32,000 bases of DNA from Vibrio vulnificus CMCP6. GTDB lineage: Bacteria > Pseudomonadota > Gammaproteobacteria > Enterobacterales > Vibrionaceae. The position numbers and the translations under genes were made by a program. The notes beneath the pieces were generated by a model, which did not search any database, was not told where the DNA came from, and saw only the letters and a program-made list of their open reading frames with translations. Below, one piece after another: positions 1 to 7,861 of this stretch (positions are counted from its first letter, which is position 1; each line of letters starts with the position of its first letter). The stretch spans positions 570,001 to 602,000 of the forward strand of contig NC_004460.2 in NCBI RefSeq assembly GCF_000039765.1, given 5' to 3'.

Positions 1-865
1 GCAATTCGCGGGTTCTTGCTTTGACGGCTCGCTTCAGCACGATGATGTAAGCAAGGGAAGTCAGCCCAAAAAGAGCAAGTATCGAAGGGAACAAAAATTT
101 CGGGTAGACGGTTTGTACCGTGATCCAACTGGTGATCGTTCGCTCTATCAATTCTTCCCCCACCACCTTAAAACCGGCGTTAATGGTCGAAAGCAGTGCA
201 CTCCCCTCTGCTACCGCTGGGCGAATCTCACCGGAATAGAGATAAAGTGCAGGAATAAAAGTGACGGTTTGAGCAGTGGTGTAGATATAAAAATTAGCGA
301 CTTGGAGATCGGCAACAAAAGCGTCGATTTCTTCTCGAAACGCCGCCTCCATCATCAAGCGGTTATTCTTGAATCTAACCAGCGGTAACTTAGGGAAATG
401 AGTTTGAACAAAGTACTCTTCATAACCCCCTTCCACCACACCCACACCTCGATTACCGTCTCCAGTGAGAAAAAAGTTGAGATCTGTCGTGATGATCCTT
501 TGACTTAGATAGAGCTGAGTATTGATCGTCATAATAGGTTCAGCGAAATCAAACCTTAGCTCTCTTGGCTCAGACCACAACATCCCAGCGTGCACGTCTG
601 CTTTGCCTTCTTCCACCGCGGTTAACGAATCATTCCAATCCACAAGTACAAACTCAATGTCGACACCATTTTGCTCACCGTACAGCTTCCAGAGATCAAT
701 CAAGATGCCTCTTGGACTCCCATCTTCTGCTAGATAAGAGAACGGCTTCCAAGCCTTGGAATTGGTGACTCGAAGCGTTTTTCTTTCTTGCTCTTTAGCG
801 CTAACAAAAATGGAAAACAGGCCAATTAAGCTGAACGCAAGCAGTAATATTGCGGATTTTTTCAT
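1..865 (-). CDS. Membrane sensor protein, N-terminal part: signal peptide, family-3 periplasmic solute-binding domain and a TM helix. The output domain lies outside the window.
   Basis: Absent from the ORF track because it runs off the left edge. My minus-strand translation from the ATG (complement of 863-865) reads MKKSAILLLAFSLIGLFSIFVSAKEQERKTLRVTNSKAWKPFSYLAEDGSPRGILIDLWKLYGEQNGVDIEFVLVDWNDSL... It stays open to position 1 and ends in a TM segment (FLFPSILALFGLTSLAYIIVL). The layout is typical of SBP_bac_3-type sensor kinases or cyclases. Confidence 0.75.
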   Translation of the reverse strand, partial: MKKSAILLLAFSLIGLFSIFVSAKEQERKTLRVTNSKAWKPFSYLAEDGSPRGILIDLWKLYGEQNGVDIEFVLVDWNDSLTAVEEGKADVHAGMLWSEPRELRFDFAEPIMTINTQLYLSQRIITTDLNFFLTGDGNRGVGVVEGGYEEYFVQTHFPKLPLVRFKNNRLMMEAAFREEIDAFVADLQVANFYIYTTAQTVTFIPALYLYSGEIRPAVAEGSALLSTINAGFKVVGEELIERTITSWITVQTVYPKFLFPSILALFGLTSLAYIIVLKRAVKARTREL

Positions 866-1179
866 CATTGTTTTAAGTGAGTGCACCTTGTCAGGAGGAG
901 AAATTCTCGTCCGCTATTTCTCATTGATGAACACGCCAAATTCATATGGTCAGTACAACGAAGCCATTAAAATAATTAAGCGACATGTCAATTATAAGCG
1001 TTGTTCTAGAGTTTGTAGTGATATCGTTAACGTTAGAATTTTCAATTATTGATAGAATAATAACTCTAAGCAACAGAGATTTTTATAAATTATTTTATGA
1101 CAAAAATGAGCTAAAGATCTCGCTAAGTGTTAACGTCTCTGCTACTTTATCGCCATTTTTGATCGTTTCACAATTTAAC

Positions 1180-2343
1180 ATGCCAACGCAGTACCGAATT
1201 AATAAAATCGTTGAAATTGGAGATACTCTGCATCGTAGTGGCTGTGCGCCTTACAAAGTAGAAAAGTACGCTCAATACTATGCGCAAAAACACGATGTTG
1301 ATGTCATGATTCAGGCGACGCCAACCGCGATTAACTATCAGTTTTCTGATGAAAACAACACCGTCGTCATGAAACGCCTAAAACCAGCATCCATCAACTT
1401 AAGTTTGCTGGCAAATACCATTATTCGCATTAACCAACCCAGCCATGAACCTGTCCCTGAGCCCGTTGGCTATTCCAAATGGGTGATTGCGATGGCAAAC
1501 ATGGGCATACCGCCGGCCTATTTAATGTTGGTGGGCAGCACATTAGAAGCGGTGGGAATCGCGTTTTTGCTGGGGCTGATGGTATGGCTTTGCCAGCAAG
1601 TGTTCCATTCTCGTCGTTCTATTGCAGTCGAATTTTTCTCTGCCCTGCTTACTGGTATTTGTGTCGCGTACTTAGCCAACAGTGGATTGCCGATCCCCGT
1701 CTGGGCACTGTGTGTCGCCTCGGTTATCTTGTTTGTTCCTGGCCTATCCATTGCTAACTCTTTGGAATGTTTGGCTTTTAACGATTTAATTTCCGGCACC
1801 AGTTTACTTGGCCAGAGTGCGCTCACCTTAATTAAGCTGTTTGTGGGTATTGTCATGGGGCTGAATATCGGTGAAGCGATATGGGGACAAGCGGAGTCGA
1901 TTTCCTACACCAATGAAGTGCCGTTTTGGATGCATATCTTCGGTCTATTTTTGCTGTCAATTTCACTCGGCATTTTGTTTAATGCGCGCCCAATAGACAT
2001 CTTACTTGGCTTACCTGTTGCCATGCTGGGCATGTGGGGACCGTTCTACCTTGGTTTTGAAAGTGGCTGGGTGGTAGGTACTTGGGTGACCACGGTGCTA
2101 ATTACCCTTTACGGCACTTGGTTGGCAAAGAAAATGGAGCTGACTGGCTCTATCTATATCGTACAAGGCATTATTATTTTGGTCCCTGGCAGCCGGGTAT
2201 TGATCAGCGCCAGCCAATCGGTGTTTGAGCAGTCAATTCTACCAATCCCAAGTATTGGTCTCTCAGCGCTGTTCATGTTTTCTGCGATTGTGGCCGGACA
2301 AATCACCGCGTACGCGATTTACTCACCAAAAATTGAACACTAA
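1180..2343 (+). CDS. ThrE/YjjP-YjjB-family (threonine/serine exporter-like) inner-membrane protein
   Basis: ORF 985..2343. The N-terminal soluble region ([22 protein letters not shown]...) is followed by about 9 hydrophobic helices, resembling fused YjjP+YjjB. I prefer the ATG at 1180 (MPTQYRI...) because the upstream in-frame extension is AT-rich, low-complexity intergenic sequence. No clear SD is present, so the start is uncertain. Confidence 0.7.
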   Translation: MPTQYRINKIVEIGDTLHRSGCAPYKVEKYAQYYAQKHDVDVMIQATPTAINYQFSDENNTVVMKRLKPASINLSLLANTIIRINQPSHEPVPEPVGYSKWVIAMANMGIPPAYLMLVGSTLEAVGIAFLLGLMVWLCQQVFHSRRSIAVEFFSALLTGICVAYLANSGLPIPVWALCVASVILFVPGLSIANSLECLAFNDLISGTSLLGQSALTLIKLFVGIVMGLNIGEAIWGQAESISYTNEVPFWMHIFGLFLLSISLGILFNARPIDILLGLPVAMLGMWGPFYLGFESGWVVGTWVTTVLITLYGTWLAKKMELTGSIYIVQGIIILVPGSRVLISASQSVFEQSILPIPSIGLSALFMFSAIVAGQITAYAIYSPKIEH

Positions 2344-2581
2344 GCGCCGATAAAGAAAGAGCCCTATTCAAAACTGATTCTCTTATCAACTTTGAGTAGG
2401 GCTCTTTGCCTCTGTGCTTCGCTTTTCGTTGGAAGCTGCCTTTGCCTTTTTTCGCTTTGACCACACGGGTTCGAAATAGCTGGCTGGTCACTAATGCTTT
2501 TAATGCATTATCGTTAATGGTTCCTCGCCCGATTTCAGTGTCTACACTGACTTCTGCGAGATATTCTTGTTTCTTTTTCAT
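2303..2581 (-). CDS. arfA: Alternative ribosome-rescue factor ArfA. The full-length ORF is given here; the active product is expected to be truncated near codon 55-60.
   Basis: [38 protein letters not shown] aligns closely with E. coli ArfA [44 protein letters not shown] SD lies upstream of the ATG. The 3' third of the ORF contains a hairpin and runs 41 nt into the convergent gene. Confidence 0.9.
   Translation of the reverse strand: MKKKQEYLAEVSVDTEIGRGTINDNALKALVTSQLFRTRVVKAKKGKGSFQRKAKHRGKEPYSKLIRESVLNRALSLSALSVQFLVSKSRTR
2356..2407 (-). terminator. Hairpin inside the arfA ORF, acting as an RNase III target and/or intrinsic terminator. It also lies just 3' of the convergent ThrE-like gene.
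   Basis: Positions 2356-2372 pair with 2391-2407 (17 positions, 18-nt loop). Pair 2367/2396 is U-G on the plus-strand RNA and an A-C mismatch on the arfA RNA. On the minus strand the stem is followed by CUUUCUUUAU. The hairpin starts about codon 58 of arfA. Confidence 0.7.
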
Positions 2582-2623
2582 CGTTACCTCAAATAAATGG
2601 TGAGACTTTTATAAAGTCGCGCT

Positions 2624-2652
2624 ATTGAAAGGCAAAATATCATCACTGTCAA
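2624..2652 (-). promoter_or_regulatory. Putative sigma70 promoter of arfA
   Basis: On the minus strand: TTGACA (complement of 2647-2652), a 17-nt spacer, then TTCAAT (complement of 2624-2629), about 40 nt upstream of the arfA ATG. Prediction from sequence only. Confidence 0.35.
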
Positions 2653-2864
2653 TTCCCCGCTCTTAAAAAACACACTTAAACAGGGGCCATATTTTCATTT
2701 ACTGGCCCGATGAGACAGGCAAAGATTTTGCAAAATATCGCAAACCAACCCAACAAATATAATAAGCCTCTGTTTTACGCTGCGTTATTTTGTAAAAAGA
2801 CTAATTAATTGGAAACAAAACAGTGATTCGCTACAAAGATTCTAACTTTCCCTAGCGTGAGTCG

Positions 2865-2892
2865 TTGACTCCTGCAACCGATCTCCTAGACT
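2865..2892 (+). promoter_or_regulatory. Putative sigma70 promoter of cspA, implying a long 5' UTR of about 140 nt (about 2900-3040)
   Basis: TTGACT (2865-2870), a 16-nt spacer, then TAGACT (2887-2892). A long leader is characteristic of cold-shock cspA mRNAs. Confidence 0.45.
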
Positions 2893-3040
2893 CTTGTCTG
2901 GTTGGAAAGAAAGTCTTTGTTTTACACATTTCGCTGGATTACATATAAACCCTCGGTGTGCGACACAATAGAGTTTTTTCTACAAGCAATACTAGTCGCT
3001 AACCCGACTCAATAGTTTTTTAAAGAGATAGGATTTACAC

Positions 3041-3250
3041 ATGTCTAACACAGTAACCGGCACCGTAAAATGGTTTAACGAAACTAAAGGCTTTGGCTTC
3101 ATCAAGCAAGAAAACGGCCCGGACGTTTTTGCACACTTCTCTGCTATCAAAGGTGATGGCTTCCGCACTCTTGCTGAAGGTCAGAAAGTTTCTTTCGTCA
3201 TCTCTCAAGGCCAAAAAGGTCCTCAAGCAGAAGAGATCACACTGCTTTAA
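3041..3250 (+). CDS. cspA: Cold-shock protein, CspA family (69 aa)
   Basis: [15 protein letters not shown] (RNP1-like KGFGFI) and DVFAHFS (RNP2-like). Near full-length similarity to E. coli CspA. Confidence 0.95.
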   Translation: MSNTVTGTVKWFNETKGFGFIKQENGPDVFAHFSAIKGDGFRTLAEGQKVSFVISQGQKGPQAEEITLL

Positions 3251-3271
3251 TTAGACTGGACATTTTTACGG

Positions 3272-3298
3272 TAGCCAGCCATAGTGCTGGCTATTTTT
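3272..3298 (+). terminator. Rho-independent terminator after cspA
   Basis: tagccagc (3272-3279) pairs with gctggcta (3286-3293), followed by TTTTT. Confidence 0.8.
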
Positions 3299-3324
3299 AT
3301 GGCTAGAGATAAGTAACTGAAACC

Positions 3325-3864
3325 ATGGCTCTTAAACCCACCATCTACAAATTCCGCATCAATCTCACTGATATCAATCGCGATCACTTCGATACCTTGT
3401 CTATCACCACCGCGCTGCATCCATCAGAAAAAGTCGAACGCCTCGCGGCCCGATTGCTCGCGTTTTGCCTGCATGCTCAACCAGAGCTTGTTTTCACCAA
3501 AGGTCTATCCACGATTGAGGAACCAGACGTCTGGAAAAAAGAGCTCGACGATTCGATCGCAGTGTGGATTGACGTCGGTGAGCCTGAGGCCGATAGAATT
3601 AAAAAAGCCACTCGCCAAGCTAAATCCGTGTTTGTTTATAGCTTTAATCAGAAGTCTTCCGTTTGGTGGGAAAAGCACAAAGGCAAATTTCAACAGTTAC
3701 CCGTTTCTGTTTGCCAATTTGATGCCGATGCCATTGAACAACTCGCCAATCAATTACAACGTGGCAGCTCGCTGTCTGTCATGATCAGCGGAAACTCTGT
3801 GTTTATAGATGGCGATTCGTTCCATCAACAAGTCGATTGGCAGGTACTGCAAAGCAATGAGTGA
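3325..3864 (+). CDS. yaeQ: YaeQ-family protein
   Basis: MALKPTIYKFRINLTDINRDHFD...HPSE...RIKKA... is collinear with E. coli YaeQ ([22 protein letters not shown]...HPSET...RIKKA). Confidence 0.9.
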   Translation: MALKPTIYKFRINLTDINRDHFDTLSITTALHPSEKVERLAARLLAFCLHAQPELVFTKGLSTIEEPDVWKKELDDSIAVWIDVGEPEADRIKKATRQAKSVFVYSFNQKSSVWWEKHKGKFQQLPVSVCQFDADAIEQLANQLQRGSSLSVMISGNSVFIDGDSFHQQVDWQVLQSNE

Positions 3865-4396
3865 GTTAAAGGACGCGCTGGCAGAGGCTGGCGTATTCAC
3901 GTTGGAGTACGTCAACAACAACCAGGATGCATTGGCACGATTTTGCGATGCGCAGAATGCCTTGTTTCAACGAGTATGCGAAAACAAACCCGAAACGCCA
4001 ACCACGCTCCATTTACTCGGGCTTCTCACTAAAAGCCATATTGAGATACTGGCTCAATTTGTTTCTGACAAGGAAAGTCGGTTGGCCATGAAAGACGTTT
4101 TGCAAACTTCACTAGGCGCACAATCCAGCGACAAGTTTAACGATGTGGTGTTGCAAGACCTGCTGATGATTTCCACCTTGTGGATTTTCGTTCAAGGCCG
4201 TCTCAAGATGGATTTCAGCCTTGCCAATGATCACGCAGCAGAAACGGCGCAACACGTGGCTCCTTTTCTCGCTGTAGACGCCGATGTGATTCGTAGTGAG
4301 TTGATGCAGAGTTTCTATCAAGGCAAAGCGCTCTATCAACGCCAACAGGATAAACCGAGCCTATGGCAGCGATTTCTTAACCATTTATCCTCATAA
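3857..4396 (+). CDS. Hypothetical protein (179 aa, predicted helical), translationally coupled to yaeQ
   Basis: ORF 3809..4396. The ATG at 3857 (MSELKDAL...) overlaps the yaeQ stop (ATGAGTGA, 3857-3864). I recognise no motif and there is no GGQ. Confidence 0.6.
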   Translation: MSELKDALAEAGVFTLEYVNNNQDALARFCDAQNALFQRVCENKPETPTTLHLLGLLTKSHIEILAQFVSDKESRLAMKDVLQTSLGAQSSDKFNDVVLQDLLMISTLWIFVQGRLKMDFSLANDHAAETAQHVAPFLAVDADVIRSELMQSFYQGKALYQRQQDKPSLWQRFLNHLSS

Positions 4397-4425
4397 AACA
4401 CCCGGTTTTATAACATCTTAAAGCC

Positions 4426-4465
4426 TGATAGACTTTCGCCACTTAAACATTACGGAAGTCTATCA
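4426..4465 (+). promoter_or_regulatory. RNA hairpin sequestering the SD and the first base of the start codon of the Grx-like gene
   Basis: 4426-4438 (tgatagactttcg) pairs with 4453-4465 (cggaagtctatca): 13 bp including one U-G, with a 14-nt loop. The right arm contains the SD GGAAG (4454-4458) and the A of the ATG at 4465. Confidence 0.5.
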
Positions 4466-4824
4466 TGCAGTTAATTCGTTGGTTTCTCGGTAAACTCATT
4501 CTTTTAGTGGACACGCTCTTCTCGCCAAAAGGCCTCAAACGCTCACCTGAAGCACAAAGCAAAGTCGATGAGAAGGCAACGCACTACGCACTTTATCAAT
4601 TTGCCGCCTGCCCTTTTTGCGTCAAAGTACGCAGAGCGATGAAGCGACAATCCGTTACTATCGAGCTGCGTGATGCCAAAAACGATGCACAGCATCGTCG
4701 TGAACTGGAGCAAGGCGGCGGAAAAATCAAAGTGCCTTGTTTAAGAATTGAGGAAAACGGTCAAACACGTTGGATGTATGAATCGAGTGATATCGTGGCG
4801 TACTTAGAGAAAACTTTCCCTTAA
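4465..4824 (+). CDS. Glutaredoxin-family protein with an N-terminal hydrophobic segment (CPFC active site)
   Basis: ALYQFAACPFCVKVRRAM...KVPCLRIE...SSDIVAYLE shows the Grx fold signature. The N-terminus MQLIRWFLGKLILLV is hydrophobic. Confidence 0.8.
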   Translation: MQLIRWFLGKLILLVDTLFSPKGLKRSPEAQSKVDEKATHYALYQFAACPFCVKVRRAMKRQSVTIELRDAKNDAQHRRELEQGGGKIKVPCLRIEENGQTRWMYESSDIVAYLEKTFP

Positions 4825-4850
4825 GCGTTTTTTTGCCCAAGGCACATATT

Positions 4851-4876
4851 AAAAAAGGCACGTTAAGTGCCTTTTG
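4851..4876. terminator. Bidirectional rho-independent terminator between convergent genes
   Basis: AAAAAA-ggcac-gttaa-gtgcc-TTTT, with the stem at 4857-4861 / 4867-4871. Confidence 0.7.
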
Positions 4877-4917
4877 CCATTTTTGTTCGTCTTATTTTTG
4901 CTCGTATTGCAGCTGTG

Positions 4918-5514
4918 TTATTTGGTTACAATCAGCATCAGTTCGACACGTCTGTTGCACTTGCGTCCGTTGATTGAGGTGTTACTGCAGGCTGGAAGGT
5001 ATTCACCATAACCCCGAGTATAGACTCTGGATTCCGGTACTCTCGACATTAACAACTGCTTTTTCACCTCTTCTGCTCTACGCTCAGAAAGAGAATTGTT
5101 GAAACCTGTCGTCCCCGTGCTATCGGCATGGCCATCAATCACAATATCCACATCGCTTCTCTGATTCAGATAGTTGCCTAACAGCCCTATCCATCGAGCA
5201 GATACAGGGGAAACTTCCGCAGAACCAGTTTTGAAATGAATCGTCTCCGTAAGATGAATCATGATGTGATCACCAGGTAAGATTTGGTATTGAATCGCAT
5301 TACGTTGCAGAAACGATTGTAAAGAGTCTGACTGTACCTGAGGCTTCTGTGCTTGCATCATTTGAGGCGGTGGAGGAGAAACCTCTTCACCACCCCATTC
5401 AGGATAAACCAACTCCTCATTGGTTTTCGGTGCGACATCGAGCATGTTTGGCGGTACGATCAAATTCGCACACCCCGACAACAATACACATGCAAACAAA
5501 CTTTGTTTTTTCAT
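4918..5514 (-). CDS. OmpA-family (peptidoglycan-binding) lipoprotein
   Basis: Start at the internal ATG (complement of 5512-5514): MKKQSLFACVLLSGC, with lipobox LSGC. The C-terminal OmpA_C motif is NNSLSERRAEEVKKQL...GYGE...NRRVEL. Confidence 0.85.
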   Translation of the reverse strand: MKKQSLFACVLLSGCANLIVPPNMLDVAPKTNEELVYPEWGGEEVSPPPPQMMQAQKPQVQSDSLQSFLQRNAIQYQILPGDHIMIHLTETIHFKTGSAEVSPVSARWIGLLGNYLNQRSDVDIVIDGHADSTGTTGFNNSLSERRAEEVKKQLLMSRVPESRVYTRGYGEYLPACSNTSINGRKCNRRVELMLIVTK

Positions 5515-5732
5515 CAGCACAACCCAAAAAGCTCTAACTAGTCCTCTTGTATAGTATCGACCAGTTAGCAAAATCTTTAGGTTTTTCTTCGGTTTTCATC
5601 ACGATTGCTTGCCAAAGCATCGCCAGAGCTTTGAGATATTGTTTCAAAGTGCAAGTTATCAAAAATTATCGGTTTTCGCCTTGCCGCTAAGCCGTTAAAC
5701 TTAGGCCTATTTTCTACTATTTTGAGTTGATT

Positions 5733-6359
5733 ATGCTAAACCGAATTAAGCACATCTCACTGCTTTTGCTTGCTGCGCTGGCGTTAGCCGCTTGTAGTGA
5801 CAATAACCAACCCACTGAAGGCGTTCAGTACAAAACCTTGGCGAAATCTCTAACAAGTTACCAGCTACCTGAGGTGACCGAAGTCTTCTCACTGACTTGT
5901 GGCCACTGCCGCACAATGGAAAGTGTGATTCCCCAGTTGCAAGAACAAACGGGCAAAACGTTTGGCAAACTGCATGTGACTTTCAATGACAGCGCTCAAA
6001 TCAGTGCCTTCATCTTCTACACCGCGGTGATGCAGCTAAATGACATCCCAGATCATGACTTTATGAATGAGCTTTTTGCCGCAGTCCAAATGGGGCCGGA
6101 AGTGTCTGGGGTGGAAAAACAGCAAGCGCTCGAAGCCGCTTTTGAGAAACGTGGTTTGGTAAGCCCATACCAGCTTGAAAAAGCACAGCAAGAAAAAATG
6201 TTTGAGTTGTTCCAAAACGCAGATGAGATTTCGCAGGTCGCACAAATCAACTCGGTACCGACTTTCATCGTCAACGGTAAATACCAAGTCATCACTTCTG
6301 CACACCAAAATGCGGAAGAAATCGGTAACACCATCAAATTTTTGCTTAGCAAACCTTAA
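5733..6359 (+). CDS. DsbA-family thiol:disulfide oxidoreductase, predicted lipoprotein, CGHC active site
   Basis: MLNRIKHISLLLLAALALAACS carries lipobox LAAC. FSLTCGHCRTME is a thioredoxin-fold CxxC motif. The C-terminal VPTFIVNGKY is the DsbA cis-Pro region. A TTG at 5727 is an alternative start. Confidence 0.8.
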   Translation: MLNRIKHISLLLLAALALAACSDNNQPTEGVQYKTLAKSLTSYQLPEVTEVFSLTCGHCRTMESVIPQLQEQTGKTFGKLHVTFNDSAQISAFIFYTAVMQLNDIPDHDFMNELFAAVQMGPEVSGVEKQQALEAAFEKRGLVSPYQLEKAQQEKMFELFQNADEISQVAQINSVPTFIVNGKYQVITSAHQNAEEIGNTIKFLLSKP

Positions 6360-6376
6360 CGGAATAGAGGTATTAC

Positions 6377-6850
6377 GTGTCTAAATTAATCCTACCCCTG
6401 ATCATTCTAGTGCTTGCGGTTTTTATGATTTATCGCACTTGGAACAATCATAAAGCAGCAGAAGTGAACTTTGAAAAAGGCCAAGCATTCTTGCTAGAAA
6501 ACAGTAAAAAAGAAGGTGTGATAACCACCGAAAGTGGCCTGCAGTACCAAGTATTAGAAAAAGGTCACGGCGACAAGCACCCTAGCGCGAGCAGTAAAGT
6601 TAAAGTCCATTATCATGGCATGCTTACGGATGGAACTGTATTCGACAGCTCTGTTGAGCGCGGTTCGCCAATCAGTTTTAATCTCAACCAAGTCATCAAA
6701 GGCTGGCAAGAAGGCCTTCAATATATGGTTGAAGGTGAGAAAGTACGCCTCTTTATCCCTAGCACTTTAGGTTATGGTAAAGGCGGCTCTGGCCCAATTC
6801 CACCAGCCAGTGTGTTGATCTTTGATGTTGAGTTATTGGAAATTCAATAA
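6377..6850 (+). CDS. FKBP-type peptidyl-prolyl cis-trans isomerase, membrane-anchored or secreted
   Basis: [12 protein letters not shown]...[43 protein letters not shown]...IPSTLGYG...[16 protein letters not shown] is the canonical FKBP_C domain. GTG start with an AGAGG SD 6 nt upstream. Hydrophobic N-terminus. Confidence 0.9.
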   Translation: MSKLILPLIILVLAVFMIYRTWNNHKAAEVNFEKGQAFLLENSKKEGVITTESGLQYQVLEKGHGDKHPSASSKVKVHYHGMLTDGTVFDSSVERGSPISFNLNQVIKGWQEGLQYMVEGEKVRLFIPSTLGYGKGGSGPIPPASVLIFDVELLEIQ

Positions 6851-6874
6851 CACCAAACGCATGCAAAACCATCA

Positions 6875-6911
6875 ACCACAATGCCACCAACAGGTGGCAT
6901 TGTGGTTTTTC
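6875..6911. terminator. Strong hairpin terminator shared by the convergent FKBP and HAD genes
   Basis: accacaatgccacc (6875-6888) pairs perfectly with ggtggcattgtggt (6893-6906), followed by TTTTT. Confidence 0.85.
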
Positions 6912-6925
6912 GCTGCAAAGCGCTT

Positions 6926-7528
6926 TTAGTTCACCGGATAGAACACCAGCTCACCATTTTCCACCATCACGCAGTCCATTTTCGCGGCATGAGCGGCTTG
7001 CTTTCCAAGCTCGGTGTCTTCGAAAACGACACACTCATTTGCAGGCAGCCCCAATTGCTGCGCTGCCAACAAAAAGGTATCTGGATGCGGTTTGTGATTC
7101 TGCACCTCTGTGGCACTGACGAGCGCATCCAATTTATCAAGTAAGTTGGCTTTGGCCAGCAGACGAATCGCACTCTCTCTTTGGCTGCCCGTTCCCACTG
7201 CTATTTTCTTTTGACCCAAATACTTTTCTAAGACTCGGTGTGTACATTCGATCGCGTCTCCGTGCTCATCCAATGCCGCAAAAGCTGCCATTTTGAATTG
7301 AGAAACATCCATTGCTACCAGCGATAAACCGTACTTTTTATTAATCTCTGCGGCTATTTTAAAACTCGGCATGCCTCCCAAGCTGTGGATCCACTGCTGT
7401 TCAAACGGAAACTGAAAATGCTCTGCTGTTTTTTCCCAAGCGATAAGATGTGCCGGCATAGTGTCAATTAAGGTGCCATCCATATCAAAAATAAAGCCGG
7501 TGTAGCCGTTAAAAGGGATTTCACTCAT
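6926..7528 (-). CDS. HAD-superfamily hydrolase, beta-phosphoglucomutase/YqaB-like sugar phosphatase
   Basis: Motif I is FIFDMDGTLIDT. VGTGS and NHKPHPDTFLLAA...VVFEDTELGKQAA match HAD subfamily IA and resemble E. coli YqaB. Confidence 0.85.
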   Translation of the reverse strand: MSEIPFNGYTGFIFDMDGTLIDTMPAHLIAWEKTAEHFQFPFEQQWIHSLGGMPSFKIAAEINKKYGLSLVAMDVSQFKMAAFAALDEHGDAIECTHRVLEKYLGQKKIAVGTGSQRESAIRLLAKANLLDKLDALVSATEVQNHKPHPDTFLLAAQQLGLPANECVVFEDTELGKQAAHAAKMDCVMVENGELVFYPVN

Positions 7529-7790
7529 GAGGTTAATTCTTTCTTATTTCGTGATTTTTGATTAAACGATTCTACACTTATAAGAATCTTTAGGAATCCG
7601 TACGTAGAAAGTTAATGAAAAATTGGCCTTTGAAAGAGACAAAAGTGAACAAAAAGGAAAAATGCACTATTAAGGTTAGTATTTGGTAATGGCGCTGTAT
7701 TGGAACTGTCTCAAAATTAAAACTAACCATTTAACAGTGGGTTATAAAGATAAAAAACTAGAGCTAGGTGCAAATAAAGTTATTAATAAT

Positions 7791-7819
7791 TTAGTCAATT
7801 TAAGTGAGCGCTGTATAAT
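7791..7819 (+). promoter_or_regulatory. Putative promoter of the chemoreceptor gene (extended -10)
   Basis: TTAGTC (7791-7796), a 17-nt spacer, then TGTATAAT (TATAAT at 7814-7819), about 45 nt upstream of the ATG at 7862. Confidence 0.4.
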
Positions 7820-7861
7820 CTCGCCAAATTATATACTGCTTACATATCAAAGGTGTTAAGT

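Noticed and set aside
985-1179. In-frame N-terminal extension of the ThrE-like ORF. Similar upstream extensions occur at 5515-5571, 14004-14048, 16129-16152, 19313-19396, 23685-23702 and 25957-26100.
   Set aside because: The extensions read through AT-rich intergenic DNA, often from non-ATG starts. They precede obvious signal peptides, lipoboxes or homology starts, so internal ATGs with better context were chosen.
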